Notes: generated by a model from the sequence alone, not told the origin. A DNA stretch of 64,000 bases from Bugula neritina (GCA_964035545.1 OZ037765.1:34161504-34225503), one strand, 5' to 3'. Counted from the first letter of the stretch, positions 43,701 through 57,400 are shown. A program made the numbers and translations.

Positions 43701-45357
43701 CGCACACACAGCACCTCTTTCACTCACAGTATCCTCATTGAATGATCCAACATTTTAGTGTAAATGTATAAGCAGAATGGTAGAATGTTTTATAAGTTCT
43801 TCTCAGGTAGATTACTTTTACCTGGAGGTAGTTTGCAGAAGGGGGGAGGTAATGTCAGCTTAGCTACACGAGTGCCGTGCAATACAAGGAGAGGGCTGAG
43901 GAAGGGTGAGGGAGGGGTTCAAGTCTCCATTTGTAATTAGTTTTCACTTTATTTGTATTTTGCAGCACAATAATATCCCTTCACCCAGTGTTGCTGAATT
44001 CACTCAAATGGGTCCTCTGTATTGAGGTCAAAGGTCAAACTCACTCTGCTACACATTGGATGGTCTACCTTCAGACACCATATTTAAGTTTCTTTTCAAA
44101 ACAGCCTATTTTACTAAGAACTTGTAGCTGAGCTGAGTACAGCATATGATTAGTGATAAAGTAGTTAGATCTTGTTGTGTGGTGATATGGTTGGAGGTTG
44201 AATAATAATTAAACTATCATCTCCTGCAGAATATCTTTGTCTGCTGTTGATTCACTCTTGTCTTGACTATCACTTGGTGAATACCCCTTTCATGGCCATA
44301 AAAGAAATAAACAACCAACTGAACTTTTTTGTTTAGCTAGAGGCTAAAATATGATAAGGAGGTCAAACAGGGGTCAACCTCTGAATTATATAACTAGATA
44401 TTAATATTAGAGCCACTGAGGCTATATTTAAAGTTTATCAAACACCTAAAAATAGCTCAGCTATACTAAAAAGATTCCACTTCATTTGATATTCACATCA
44501 ACTACAACTAGATAATTATATATTCCAGTATTTTAATTCCACACAGCTGTTTATCTAGTTGCATGACATGATGAGCAACTGTGACAGTCAGGAATGCTGG
44601 ATCAAGACTAAAAGCTCAATGAATAATTTTAGTTCACTACAGAAAAACAATTTTTTGGTAGTAAAACTTGTTTTTCAGAGAGAATTGACACAATGTTTGG
44701 CAACAGGAAGCCCCGAGACAATCATCAGGTAGATAGGAGAGTAAATAACACCCATAGTTTAATTATGATTATGTGGTGATGTCAGAGACTCCTTGCCTGA
44801 AGCTATGAACTTCTGACAGACCAGTAACTGTATTACTATAATACATTATATGGTAATATATATTACTATAGTATATTATATGGTAATATATATTACTATA
44901 TAATATATTATATGATAATATATATTACTATATAATATATTATATGATAATGTATATTACTATATAATATATTATATGATAATATATATTACTATATAAT
45001 AATTATATTATATGATAATGTATATAATATCATGTATAAGATATTTATGATGTGGGAATGAGACTGCAGAGAAATAATATAATGACAAATTTCAGCAACA
45101 CATTTCTATTTTCATAAATGTAATATAATCTGAAACAAAGGCTGTGTGTTGTATAACCATGCAGTATATATTCACTAAGGGGAGATAAATTCTCACATCA
45201 CATCAACTGAAGAAATAAAAACAATGCAAAAATATATACAAACTACAAATCTTAGATTCATTAAAAAAATAAAAGTAAATACCACTCGAGGCCAGTATAC
45301 CTGTATTTCCTATATTACCTATATCTCTAATATATTTCTAGTATATTTCTTGTGTAT

Positions 45358-48300
45358 TTATGGTGTCGGAATCACAATGTCCTCTGATTCTGTTCCGTCG
45401 TATATTTTCAACTTCACTTCCTGTTTGGAGACCGAAACTAGCGCCCATGCTTTCTCACCAGGGGGCGTTTCAATAACTCCCCGTAAACCAATGTGATGTT
45501 GACCACTAGGGCTAATATTGTGAGAGTATTGATGTGTGTGGCCATGCAATATCAAGATGACAGAGGGGGATGATTCCAACATGGCTAACACCTCTTCATA
45601 GTTCCAGAGGAGAGACTTAGAGGTGGAAGCTGATGGGAGTATGGCGCAGTGGTCTACAATAATACATAATATAATATAATGTAATATTGTGCAAGATAAT
45701 ATAATATAATGTAATATAATATAATGTAATATAATATAGTGTAAGTTAATATAATGTAACAGAATATAATGTAATATAATATAATATAATGTAATATAAT
45801 ACATAATATAGTGTAAGATAATATAATATGGTATAATATAATAACATAATATAATAACTATAATATAGTATCATGTAATATAATATAATACAGTGCAATA
45901 TAATATAATGTAGCATAACATAATATAATTAGTGTATTATACGGAACAAATTATCTTGCTGCCCACAGACCATTATTGCGCAATATGCTGAAATGTCTAG
46001 CCTACGTTACCAGTTCAACAGAAATCTGGGTCACTTTATTTTACACCTCAAGTTACCAGCTTTAATGTCAGCTTAAAGTCTTGTGAAAGACTCAATAGCT
46101 GTCTGGTAGGAAAGTTGAGTGACTGTAGAGAATAAACCAGTGCTATAGGAGTTGAGTTATTACATAATGAGCTAGACAGGTAGAGATTCTGTAGCCAGGT
46201 AACTAAGGGATAATAAATCACCTTGGCCTGAGAAATTAATCAAATAATTACCAGAATTAAGTAATGAATCATTATTAGACTGGATACTGAAGCAATGACA
46301 ACGCATGGCCCAATCAACCAATCACAGTTGAGGAAATGAAGTGACTGTTTTTTGTGGACTATAAATGGGGAGTCCAGACCACAAGTATGACAGAAACACA
46401 CTGAAACAAGTCACAGTGCCAACACTTGGAGATAGAAATTGGTGAGTAGTTAATTACTTGGCTAACTGAGCTTTGGAATAAAGTGCACTTGATTAGTATT
46501 ATACTAAAGATATTGTATATAGTTGTAGGGGTGTACCCTCCTAGAGGTGTACCCTCCTGGAGGTGTACCCTCCTGGAGGTGTACCCTCCTAGGGGATACC
46601 CTCCTAGGGGTGTACCCTCCTAGAGGTGTACCCTCCTAGGGGATACCCTCCTAGAGGTGTACCCTCCTGGAGGTGTACCCTCCTAGGGGATACCCTCCTA
46701 GGGGTGTACCCTCCTAGAGGTGTACCCTCCTAGGGGATACCCTCCTAGGGGTGTACCCTCCTAGAGGTGTACCCTCCTAGAGGTGTACCCTCCTAGGGGT
46801 GTATTCTTCTAGGGATGTACCCTCCTAGAGGTGTAACCTCCTAGGGGTGTATTCTTCTAGAGGTGTACCCTCCTAGAGGTGTACCCTCCTAGGGGTGTAT
46901 TCTTCTAGGGGTGTACCCTCCTGGAGGTGTACCCTCCTAGAGGTGTACCCTCCTAGGGGTGTATTCTTCTAGGGATGTACCCTCCTAGAGGTGTACCCTC
47001 CTAGGGGTGTATTCTTCTAGGGGTGTACCCTCCTGGAGGTGTACCCTCCTAGAGGTACTGGTGTTATGAGGATTAAAACTCTTTTTTTAGCACCACCCAT
47101 TTTGCATAAATTTTCTTCAACTATTTGGAAATAAAGAAGTGTCAGAAATAAAAACTGATTTAAAGGTTTGGTGAGAAATAAGCAGGTCATGTTCAAATTA
47201 CACATGAATTAGGAAATGGAGTGAGAATAGTAAATCTAGTAGTATTAGTATTACTCATTTCTGTGACAGACTTATTAAGAGATGGAAATGTAGAAACTTG
47301 TGCAGTTGCTATCCAGAAGTTAACTTTGTGTTACAGTACCAATTATTTGCTTATTTACAGAATAATTAAAGATGGCTTCCACAAAAGTACAGCTTATAGT
47401 GCTAGCAGTAATAATGGCAGTGTTGGCTAGTCAATGCAATGCTTTTCCGTCCTGCAAACCAGACTACACTCCTGTAAGTATATCTGTTACACCCCTGTAA
47501 ACATAACTGTTACACCCCTGTAAGTATATCTGCTACACTCCTGTAAGTATATCTGCTACACTCCTGTAAACAACTGTTACACTCCTGTAAGCATAACTGT
47601 TACATCCCTGTAAGTAAGTATGCTACACCCCTGTAAGTATATCTGCTACACCCCTTCAAGTATATCTGTTACACCCCTGTAAACATATCTGTTACACTCC
47701 TGTAAGTATATCTGCTACACTCCTGTAAGTATATCTGCTACACCCCTGTAGTAAGTACAATATATTATTTAGACTTAATAATGCTGGTTTCTCACACAAA
47801 GTATAAATGGCGTCACAGGAAATGCCAACTTGGACACATGATGGTAGCTACCTTCATGTGTCCAGCAAAAATAGATATCAAGTTGGATGTCATGACGAGG
47901 GACCGTCAGTTTTGTGATTTTGTGAAATCAAAACCTTTCATCATCAAATTGAAAAACTTCCACCAGTTTAGTGTAGGTCCTAAGCAGTTGAAGATAGGAC
48001 TAGGAGGGGGGGGGGGGTTAACTTCTCAAATAGTTTAAAAACTAATTTAAGACAAACATTTGTTGATATTATGCTAGAGAGTGGGCTAGCTATCAAATAA
48101 TTAATAAAGTAACACATAGGGATATTATGTTCTCCATTGTATATGCTGTCATGACGTATCACACTGCTATAACTGGTCATTCATTCAATTACTGCGTGTA
48201 GATACCACAATGATGTAATAGTTATATTACATTCTACGGTGTATTAGATGACTGGTGGAGGCGCTGCCTCATTTCCCAGTAATTATGTAACAATTAGATG

Positions 48301-51300
48301 AGTCAGCGTGTAGCCATTGTTGTCAGCCAGGGAGGAGGTGTAATTGACACCAATAGGCTGAGAGTAACAAACCAATAGATTGTATATAAACATGCTAAGA
48401 CGTGACTAGGTGTGTGCGTGACATATTGAGTTGTAGTTCTACATATTTGTATAAACCTTACCACATGCATAGTATTATTGCATATGTGTTATATGACCCA
48501 TATATAACACATAATATGTATAAATATTATGTATAAATCATGTAATATATAAACAAGAAGATTGGGTATATTAGTATGGCTATTTCAACTAAACATCTTG
48601 TATTCAATCAATGAATTTATTTTCTATCGCAACTATTGTATACTGCAACGAATTACAGCATATTTCATTCTATTGCAATTTGCATTATGTTAGTGTATTG
48701 CATTCTATTGCATTGTGTTATTGCATTGTATTTTGTTGTATTGCAGTGCACTACACACGCCAGCTGCTGTAACGGAGCGTGTCTAACAGACGCCTTCTCT
48801 CCAAACACTAAAGTGTGCAGATTTGTCCCCTCAGTGCCTCCCCAGGCTGCCTGTAGAGCTAATGGAGTGCGAGTGAGTATATACTTTACTAATAGACTGG
48901 CAGCTAGGCAGCGTCTTAGGTTAGATGTGGCAGCATCAGGAAAGATTAGATGCGGTTAACCACAGAAATGTGTTCTCATAACAACTTGACATGTGGTTAG
49001 AGAGAGAGAGAGAGAGAGAGAGATAGGTTACAAATATAGTAGTAGTAGTTGTGTTGAAGAATGTAGCACAGATTATGGCAGGGAAGAGATACACAACTAA
49101 GAGCTATAGAGTATAGGATGATGTTAGAGTACTACTTGCAGTGCACTGTAGCCTTAGTGCCTACATAGTGTATCAGTACTGGTGGAGCCCCACACTTTGT
49201 GGCTAGCTCTAAGGCAAAGGAAGGAAAAGCACTCTAGTTTTCATCATTTAAATATCAATGATTTCACAAATTTTCCTGGTATTACAAGAAATTCATTAAA
49301 ATATTATTTCAAAAATGCACAAAAGCAGTTTTGAGTGAAATGTCTGCAATATTTGCATAGCAAAGAGGTTATTCAATGTACTGTCAATGGCGTGTTTCAT
49401 GTGGGCACATCCACTCATCATAAGTAAATAGTTGGGTACAGGAAGCTGGGTATATCATGTCATTTCCTTGTTTATATTATGTAGTCAGTATACACATGTA
49501 GTATACTGTAGTATATACATGTAGTATACTGTAGTATACACATGTAGTAGTATACTGTAGTATATACATGTGTATACTGTAGTATATACATGTAGTAGTA
49601 TACTGTAGTATACACATGTAGTATATACTGTAGTATACACATGTAGTATACTGTAGTATATACATGTAGTATACTGTAGTATATACATGTAGTAGTATAC
49701 TGTAGTATACACATGTAGTATATACTGTAGTATACACATGTAGTATACTGTAGTATATACATGTAGTAGTATACTACAGTATACACATGTAGTAGTATAC
49801 TGTAGTATACACATGTAGTACACTGTAGTATATACATGTGTATACTGTAGTATACACATGTAGTAGTATACTACAGTATACACATGTAGTAGTATACTGT
49901 AGTATACACATGTAGTAGTACACTGTAGTATATACATGTAGTAGTATACTACAGTATACACATGTAGTAGTATACTGTAGTATACACATGTAGTATACTG
50001 TAGTAGACTGTAGTATACACATGTAGTATACTGTAGTATATACATGTACTATGCTGTAGTATATACATGTACTATGCTGTAGTATATACATGTAGTAGTA
50101 TACTGTAGTATACACATGTAGTATACTGTAGTATATACATGTAGTATACTGTAGTATACACATGTAGTAGTATACTGTAGTATATACATGTAGTAGTATA
50201 CTGTAGTATACACATGTAGTAGTATACTGTAGTATATACATGTACTATGCTGTAGTATACACATGTAGTATATACTGTACACTCGAATTATATTACATAT
50301 TGTGTATTATTTATTTCAGTGTTCTAAGGATCGGGATTGTTGCTCCGCATACTGTGTATACAGTACAGGAAAGTGTGCATAGGCAATAGTAACACTAACT
50401 CATTCACCAAGAAGCCTTCAATGAATCTCTAGTTTAGAAGGAAGAATTACTAGTTCCCCTAACGCCATGGTTACTGATATTCACAACCACTATCTATTAT
50501 TTATAAATGGAGATACGTCACTCCCTTTACACCGTTAGCATGCCACGATCTCTACACTATTGGAAGTTGTCTCTCCACCCCACTTGTAATCATTTTGCCA
50601 AAGTTGTTATGCATTCTGATTTCTACTGTTACTATAATTTATTTCTGTTTTTGCATAATATTGCTGTAGCTTCAGATATCGCTATTTATAATTATTTTCA
50701 TCATATCAATACCTATTTTATATACTTTAGTCTATTCTTTTGTATGATTGCTCTTTGCGTATACAAATCAGATAATAAATTATAACACTCACTGAAAACC
50801 ACAACTCGTTGCTGACTTGAATCTGCCTCTTCCAGTTGCCGAGACAGCCACGCCAGCTGCTGTCGGCAGACACCACCGTTGTACTTGACCAGCTGCTGGG
50901 CTCCTTCCTCCAGCCCCTCTGAGCTGTTCTGGTCAGGGTTGGAGTTGGCCGCCATGTACTGTTGGCCTGCGAGGTACGCACTTTCATCCTCGGACCTGCC
51001 CAGCACCGAGACGTCGTACGAGTCGAGACATACGAGTCTTATGTTCCGGTATATTCTAGAATAATATCCAATGTCGGGAGATTCCCCGCCACTGGGCAGA
51101 ATGAACTGCTGGACGACCTGACGGTGGGAGAAGTTGTAGAGGTCATGGTTACCTAGCGTGTGATAGACAGGCACACCTGCCTTCGATATCTCCTCCAACA
51201 CCGTCTCCATGGCAACCTCACACTCGTCTTTACACTTGCCGTCAATAAAGTCACCTAGTTGAAGCACAAACTCGGCCTTAAAGTCCTTGAACTCTGCTAG

Positions 51301-51438
51301 AGCGTCTTTGATATGTTGGATGGAGTGACGGTAGAACCTCGGCGTCCCGGAGTACGACTTCGCGTCATCGTGATCAGCATACTGGATGTCCGAAATAACT
51401 CCAAATCGAAACACACTACTTTCAGTATGAGAGGTCAT
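45358..51438 (-). CDS. ADPRM: Mn-dependent ADP-ribose/CDP-alcohol diphosphatase (313 aa; exons 51438-50793, 45653-45358)
   Basis: Metallophosphoesterase motifs DIQYAD, QLGDFIDG, LGNHD, YNGG, H (VVFNH) and GHTH, plus GVIETP. A phase-1 GT-AG junction gives 942 nt. Confidence 0.93.
46310..46441 (+). promoter_or_regulatory. Candidate promoter and non-coding exon 1 of the nested knottin gene
   Basis: CCAAT boxes at 46310 and 46318, TATAAA at 46360-46365, donor G|GTGAGT at 46442, matching acceptor TTACAG| before 47361. Confidence 0.65.
46528..47055. repeat. Minisatellite, ~16-bp unit, in intron 1 of the knottin gene
   Basis: (aggtgtaccctcctag)n. Confidence 0.9.
47372..50382 (+). CDS. Nested secreted double-knottin / conotoxin-like peptide (96 aa; coding exons 47372-47473, 48747-48872, 50320-50382)
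   Basis: MASTKVQLIVLAVIMAVLASQCNA|FPSCKPDYTP^CTTHASCCNGACLTDAFSPNTKVCRFVPSVPPQAACRANGVR^CSKDRDCCSAYCVYSTGKCA*. Both junctions are phase-0 GT-AG (GTAAGT and GTGAGT; TTGCAG and TTTCAG). Confidence 0.88.
49490..50280. repeat. Minisatellite in the last intron of the knottin gene
   Basis: (tacacatgtagtatactgtagta)-like repeats. Confidence 0.9.
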
Positions 51439-52748
51439 TGCAAGCAGGGAATGTCTGCAATATCACACAGATGTTTACAAAATATAAGTGAGCAAAGTGC
51501 TAAATTTTGTTAGACATTTGTTCTAAAAACTGATTTTCAATAAAGTAATCAAATAAATAAAACATCGAATTAAGTTTTACTGAACTATATGATGCATAGA
51601 ATGATATGCAAAGTATTTGAGAGTTGAATTCCCTTGCTTTTAGAGGAGACTACTCCGAAATTATCAGATAATAGCCATGAAAAATATATACCAGCCTAAA
51701 TATTATACACTATACTATACACTACATATACTATATATTATACTATACACTATATACTATATATACTATATATTATACTCTACACTATATATACTATATA
51801 TTATACTATACACTACATACACTACATATACTATATATTATAATATACACTATATGCTACATATACTATATATTATATTATTCACTAATTCACTGATTAG
51901 GTGTAACCTAAAACTATAAAGTACAAGTTACACTCAAACACACTTTCAAATGGTATAAAATGAAGTATAATTATAACATTAACTGAACGAAAATAACTAT
52001 AAAATTAAATCCGCCACACTATCATTATGACTATTAGTGTTACTAAATGTAAATTATAAGAATAAGTATTTGACTTAGAGCTAGTATAGCTTTATTAAAC
52101 TTATACTAACGTTACAGCTATGACTTATAACTATAACTAATTAAGAGTATCAGTATAACTATTACTATGAGTCTGACAATGAGTATGACTATGAGTATCA
52201 GTATGATCATGTGTCAGTATGACATTCAGACTGAGTATAAGAATAACTATAAGTATAAATACTAGTGTTACTATTAGTATAACTATAAGTATAACTTATG
52301 TTCTTATAACTTACAACTTATAGTTTTAGTTATAAGATAATTAAGTATAGGCCTACTGTAGAAATCTAACTCTTACACTTGGAGTTATTGTTAATCGTAC
52401 AGTTACTGTTAGTGTTACACTTACAGTTACTGTTTTAATCTATCTCTAAAAATAACTACAAGTAAAAGCTAGTATAACTATTAGTATTACTTTAACTATA
52501 GTCTTAGCCTATAACTAAAAGTAATACTTATACTATAACTATAAAACAAAGAATAAGAGTCAATAATATTAATTGTAAACTCGAGTTTAAAGTATTACTA
52601 TTAGTATTACTATTAGTACTAGTAGTACAGTAGTAGTAGTACTATTAGTACTAATAGTGATACACTTACAGTTACAGTAAATGTAATACTAAGTCTAATA
52701 CTAATAGTAATAGTAATAGTAATACTGATAGTACTACTAGTAGTATAT

Positions 52749-53055
52749 TGTTATGTTTTTCAGATTTAGGGTTGATATGCTATCCAGAGAGTCTATTTAT
52801 CTAGTATAGAACTGCACCAGGCTAAGTCGAGTGAACGAGTATATTTTATACACAACTATACATTATAAAAACACGATACATTATTTCCAAACAAGTTACA
52901 CATCTAATCTATCTCACACTCTAGCTTCGACTGCGTTAGCAGCGGGAAACTACAATTGCTGCTAACTATCAACTACGCTAATTGGCTATCCATTGTTCCG
53001 GGTCAATTACGCGACCCTACATGTTGTGCTGCTGGTAGTTCCACGAACCACCACA
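52749..53055 (-). repeat. 3' LTR
   Basis: 307-bp direct repeat of 59950-60256, preceded on the minus strand by TGGTGGGGGCGG (PPT-like). Confidence 0.97.
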
Positions 53056-53342
53056 CCGCCCCCACCAGCAGAAAGCCATCTTTCTGATATATATATAAAA
53101 AAAACATTCAATAGTAATTGCATACATCAGTGGACAAATAATACATAATATACAGGAAGAGACATAATAATAGACAGAGTCATTATAACGATCCGTTGCA
53201 TACAATTGGCCAGCTGTAGATAGACGAGGAATACTAGCTAGCTGTGGTGTTAGACAGGGGATAACCTGTTAAGCAGTCAAACATTTACATGACATCTGGG
53301 CTTCTCCCGAGAGGCAGAGTTGGAGTACTCCGAGTAGTCTAA

Positions 53343-54419
53343 CTAGAGTCCTTGTTGGGCACGCCGGTGCTTGGCTTGGCATGTACGCAGTTTCCGTTTC
53401 ATACGGCATACGGATCCCTTGAGCTGGAAGAGTCCTGTTGTAGTGTTAAGTAGGTCTGGTGCCAGCTGGGTGAACTCTTCTTGTAATCGTAGGAGGCGTT
53501 CTTCTACTGTGGCTAGTCGTACCGGGTCGGGGGACGGTGTCCGTCTGCGGCGTAAGGGTGGACTGGGGGACCTGGTCCGTCTCTTCGCCATAGTAGGGGA
53601 GATCTCTCCTTCTTCTGGATACGTAGTCTCCTCGGGGGTGTATGTAATTTGAGGGCGGTCAGACACCAACGGGGATTGTTGGCGGGCGTTGTCTAACACA
53701 CGTTGGAACCCCGAGGATAGAACGGCTAGTAGCATGGCCTTCTTTACCAGAAGTCGTATATGTGTGAGGAACTCCGGGTACAGCTTAGCGTCGACCACAT
53801 AGTTTTCTCCAGGGAAACAGCCCGCCGCTCTGTGTCTGGTGACGGGGTAGGGATACACATCATTGTACCCGCAGGGGCAGAAGGTCAGTAGGAGATGAGC
53901 ATTGACGTGTAGTTTAAGGGAGCGGTGTGAGGCGCAATCTTCACCACAGATCTGGCATCTCGTCCGTCCTCTGGACCCCCAGGCTGTTTCTATTTCTTCT
54001 TCGGTTTGTGGAGACACCCACCGCCAACGGCGGCGTAGTGGCTCAGGCCGATCACCACTAGCATAGTCCTCCGGATACGGAGCGGGAAGTGTTCTATCCC
54101 GTACCCTGGTTGTAGCGGGTCGAGTGTAATCTGAAAAAGTTTCAACAGTGTTAGTACATTACACTGCTGTGTTGTCAGCTTGAACAGCTTGGCAACTCCT
54201 AATTCAGTTACCTCGTAGAGATTAATGATAGTGAATAGTCAGATAGAACCGTATTGCAACGAGATTATAAAAATCTCTAAGTCAAACTGAGTTCTTACTA
54301 CGGTATTTCACTAACCTATCTCCAGCTCGATTGACTCAGTGAGTCAGAGCTGAGCGATGCAATCTAGTTTCGTATTAAGATATAGTTAACTCACCCCACG
54401 ATCTGTTGTCGTAAGACAT
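53343..54419 (-). CDS. Spliced accessory ORF3 of the Gypsy element: zinc fingers, RS/SP-rich tract and coiled coil (~270 aa)
   Basis: Frame is open from the acceptor at 54130 (TACTAAC branch 54156-54150; TTTTTCAG) to TAG at 53343. Phase-compatible donors at 54394 (after ATG 54419) and at 59875 (in gag). Confidence 0.72.
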
Positions 54420-54443
54420 ACTGAATATGTGAAATGGTTTGAA

Positions 54444-57400
54444 CTACTGCTTAGAAACACGTCTACTCTTGACTGCATCAGCGTATGAAAAGATCGAGCA
54501 ACGTGGTTGGGGTGCGTGATTAAGACTTTGTGCACCCGGCGGATGGATTTTGTTTCTACTTCCGCCGATACAAAAGTTGATATTTCTGTGGTGTTGACAA
54601 CTCCCACATTTGCTCGATTCTTTTCTCGTACGGTTTTCCCCTAGACTTTCATGTGTGCCGCTTTTAACGCAGTCACATACGAAGTCCTTCAAGTATGCGG
54701 GGGGTTGCCTCGTACGCTGTCCCCTTTCTAGGGGGGGTGACACGCTTGCCGGTTCGTTAGTAGGGGCCTCTAATGGCGTCTCTACTTCACCGTCAGCAGT
54801 CACCTCTTCTTGTTCTCCGGATGGAGCCCCTCCCTCCGTGAGGGTTTGCACTTCCGGAACCGGCTCGGTTTCTGGAAGTGATGGAATTAGACTTGGCGGT
54901 GGCGGACACGCTTCTGTTGGTAGAAGCTGCCGCTCCTCTCTCACCAAGTTTTCTTCCCGCGGTATGACCACTTCGTATTCAGGTCCATGCCGCCGTCGCC
55001 CGCGCGTTGTTGTCTGCCTTCTGGGCTCTAACAACGGGGGGGCTTCTCCCACTCCGCCGGGGCTAGCCCAATATGGTTTCAAGCGAGACTCATTCTGGAT
55101 AGATACCTGTCCTGAGCGCTCGATCTTGTACGTATGATTGGGCATAGCCTCGACGACCACGTAGGGGCCTACGAACTTAGGCTTCAGCTTATCAGCCTGT
55201 CCGCGGCGCCTACGGTAATTGACCATCCACACCTTATCTCCTCTTTGATAGAGGGGTGGTTCATCGGAATCTTCGTGCCGCACCTTCCACTGCTGTTGAC
55301 GCAGTATCTCGTGTGCGGCCTTCATCCGTTCCACTAGTTCACTGGCATACTCATGGACTGAGTTATCCTGCTCTGGAACGTGATATGTGAGATGGTCAGG
55401 GACACGAGTCTCTCTCCCGAGCATCAAGAGGTTTGGGGTCTCACCAGTACTGGTGTGTGGGGTGCTACGGTATGCACGCATGACTTGCGGCAACACCGTA
55501 TCCCATTCCTCTTGACCTCGTCCAAGGAGGAGACTCCGGAGCGCATCACCTAGCATCCGGTTGTTGCGCTCCACCACCCCGTTACCTTGAGGGTGGTAGG
55601 GGGTGGTCCTGCTCTGATTTACTCCCCAGAGGTGGCAAAGGTCGCTCATCAGTTGAGACTGGAATTGAGCGCCTTGATCAGAGTGTATCTGTTCGGGAAG
55701 CCCAAAATAACAGAATACATGTTGGTCTAGTGCCCTGGCCACTGTTGGAGCTGATGTATCTGGGATAGCCAGAGCATCCGCCCACCTAGTAAAGTGGTCG
55801 GTTAGTACTAGGATCCAATTATTGCCTCTGGGGGTCAGGGGCATGGGTCCGACTAGGTCTACAGCGACTACTTGCCAGGGCCTACCAGCATATAGCCTCC
55901 GCCGTCCTGCTTCACCAGGGGGGCGGCTATGCTTACTGGCCTGGCAGATCTCACACTGTTTGACTCTGAGCCGGACATCACGCTCCATCTGCGGCCAATA
56001 CCACCGGAGTCGTAGTTTGGATATCACTCGCTTGACCCCTGCGTGGGCCTGCTTGTGAGTATCCCAAATCAACTCACGGCGGATGGCTGTGGGGCAGACT
56101 ACCCTCTTCCTTTCCGGGTGTCTGCCGCTGGCAGCTAGAGAGATGGTTAGCAACCCATCCTGCCCGATCCGCAGCGAGTCCCAACGCTGACAGTATAGCC
56201 GGAACTCGGCGCATCCCTGTCGTATGCGTTCCTCACTGGGTCGTCGCCCTTCCCTTTTGGCCCGGTAGATGTCTGCCACGACTCCAGGCAGCTCTTCTTG
56301 GAGCTTCTTCAGCTCTCGAACATTACCGGCCAGTACAGGGTTGGCGCGGAGGTTTTGTACATCCTCCGGGGACTCATCAACCCTTTGCCTGAGTTGACCT
56401 TGATCCCAGTCAAACGGCGCTCCGTGATGAGCCAGCGTCTCCAACTCACATCGTGGGGGACCTCCATCCCTCCTCTCGATGTTGAGACACTGTTTGCAAC
56501 CTCCGTCAGGTCGGCGACTCAACCCATCCGCATTGCTGTGTCTCTTGCCCGGCCGGTGTTCGATCCGGTACGAGAATTCAGCTAGGATTTCGAGCCACCG
56601 GGCGACCTGACTAGAGGGCTCTGCTCTCCTGCACAACCAGATCAGCGAGGCATGATCCGTACGCAGCCGGAACTTCCTGCCATACAGGTATGGTCTGAAG
56701 TGCTTCACTGACTTGATTACTGCCAGCAGTTCCTTGCGGGTAGTGCAGTAATTTCGTTCAGCGGGAGAGAGAGACTTGCTGTAGTAGGCTACTACTACTT
56801 CTCGGCCTTCCTGCACTTGTGACAGCACAGCGCCAACATTCTGGTCACTGGCGTCCGTGTCTAGGATGTACTCCAGAGTGGGGTCTGGGTAGGCCAAGAT
56901 GGGCGCCGTTAGGAGGCAGCCCTTGAGGCGGTCGAACGCTTCTTGTTCGACTGGGGTCCACTGCCACGTCACTCCCTTTGCGGTAAGCCGGTTTAAAGGC
57001 TGGGCTATGCCCGCAAAGTCTGGTATGTATTGTCTGTAATACCCTACCAGCCCCAAGAAAGCCCGGAGTCCGGTCAAGTCTTGGGGGGTGACCCAGTCTT
57101 CTACTGCCCGTACCTTTTCGGGATCCGTTGCCACGCCGTTCCGACCGACAACGTGCCCCAGGTACTTACTTGACCTCCGGCTGCAACAGAGCGCACTTGG
57201 AAGGCTTGAGCTTAAGACCGGCACCTCGGAGTCTCTCGAAAACCTCCTGCAGACGACTGACATGTGTCTCGAAGTCTGGAGAGATTACGATGACATCATC
57301 GAGGTAGACCAGCAGTGTCTTCCAATGGAGTCCGCTAAGGACTTGTTCCATCAGCCTCTGGAAGGTGGCTGGGGCGGAGGTTAACCCGAAGGGCAGCACC

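Noticed and set aside
48636-48959. 107-aa ORF as a standalone gene
   Set aside because: Only 48747-48872 is bounded by splice sites and fits the knottin; the rest is intron.
53343-54017. ORF3 as an env gene
   Set aside because: No signal peptide, fusion-protein layout or C-terminal membrane anchor; it has zinc fingers and a basic SP tract instead.
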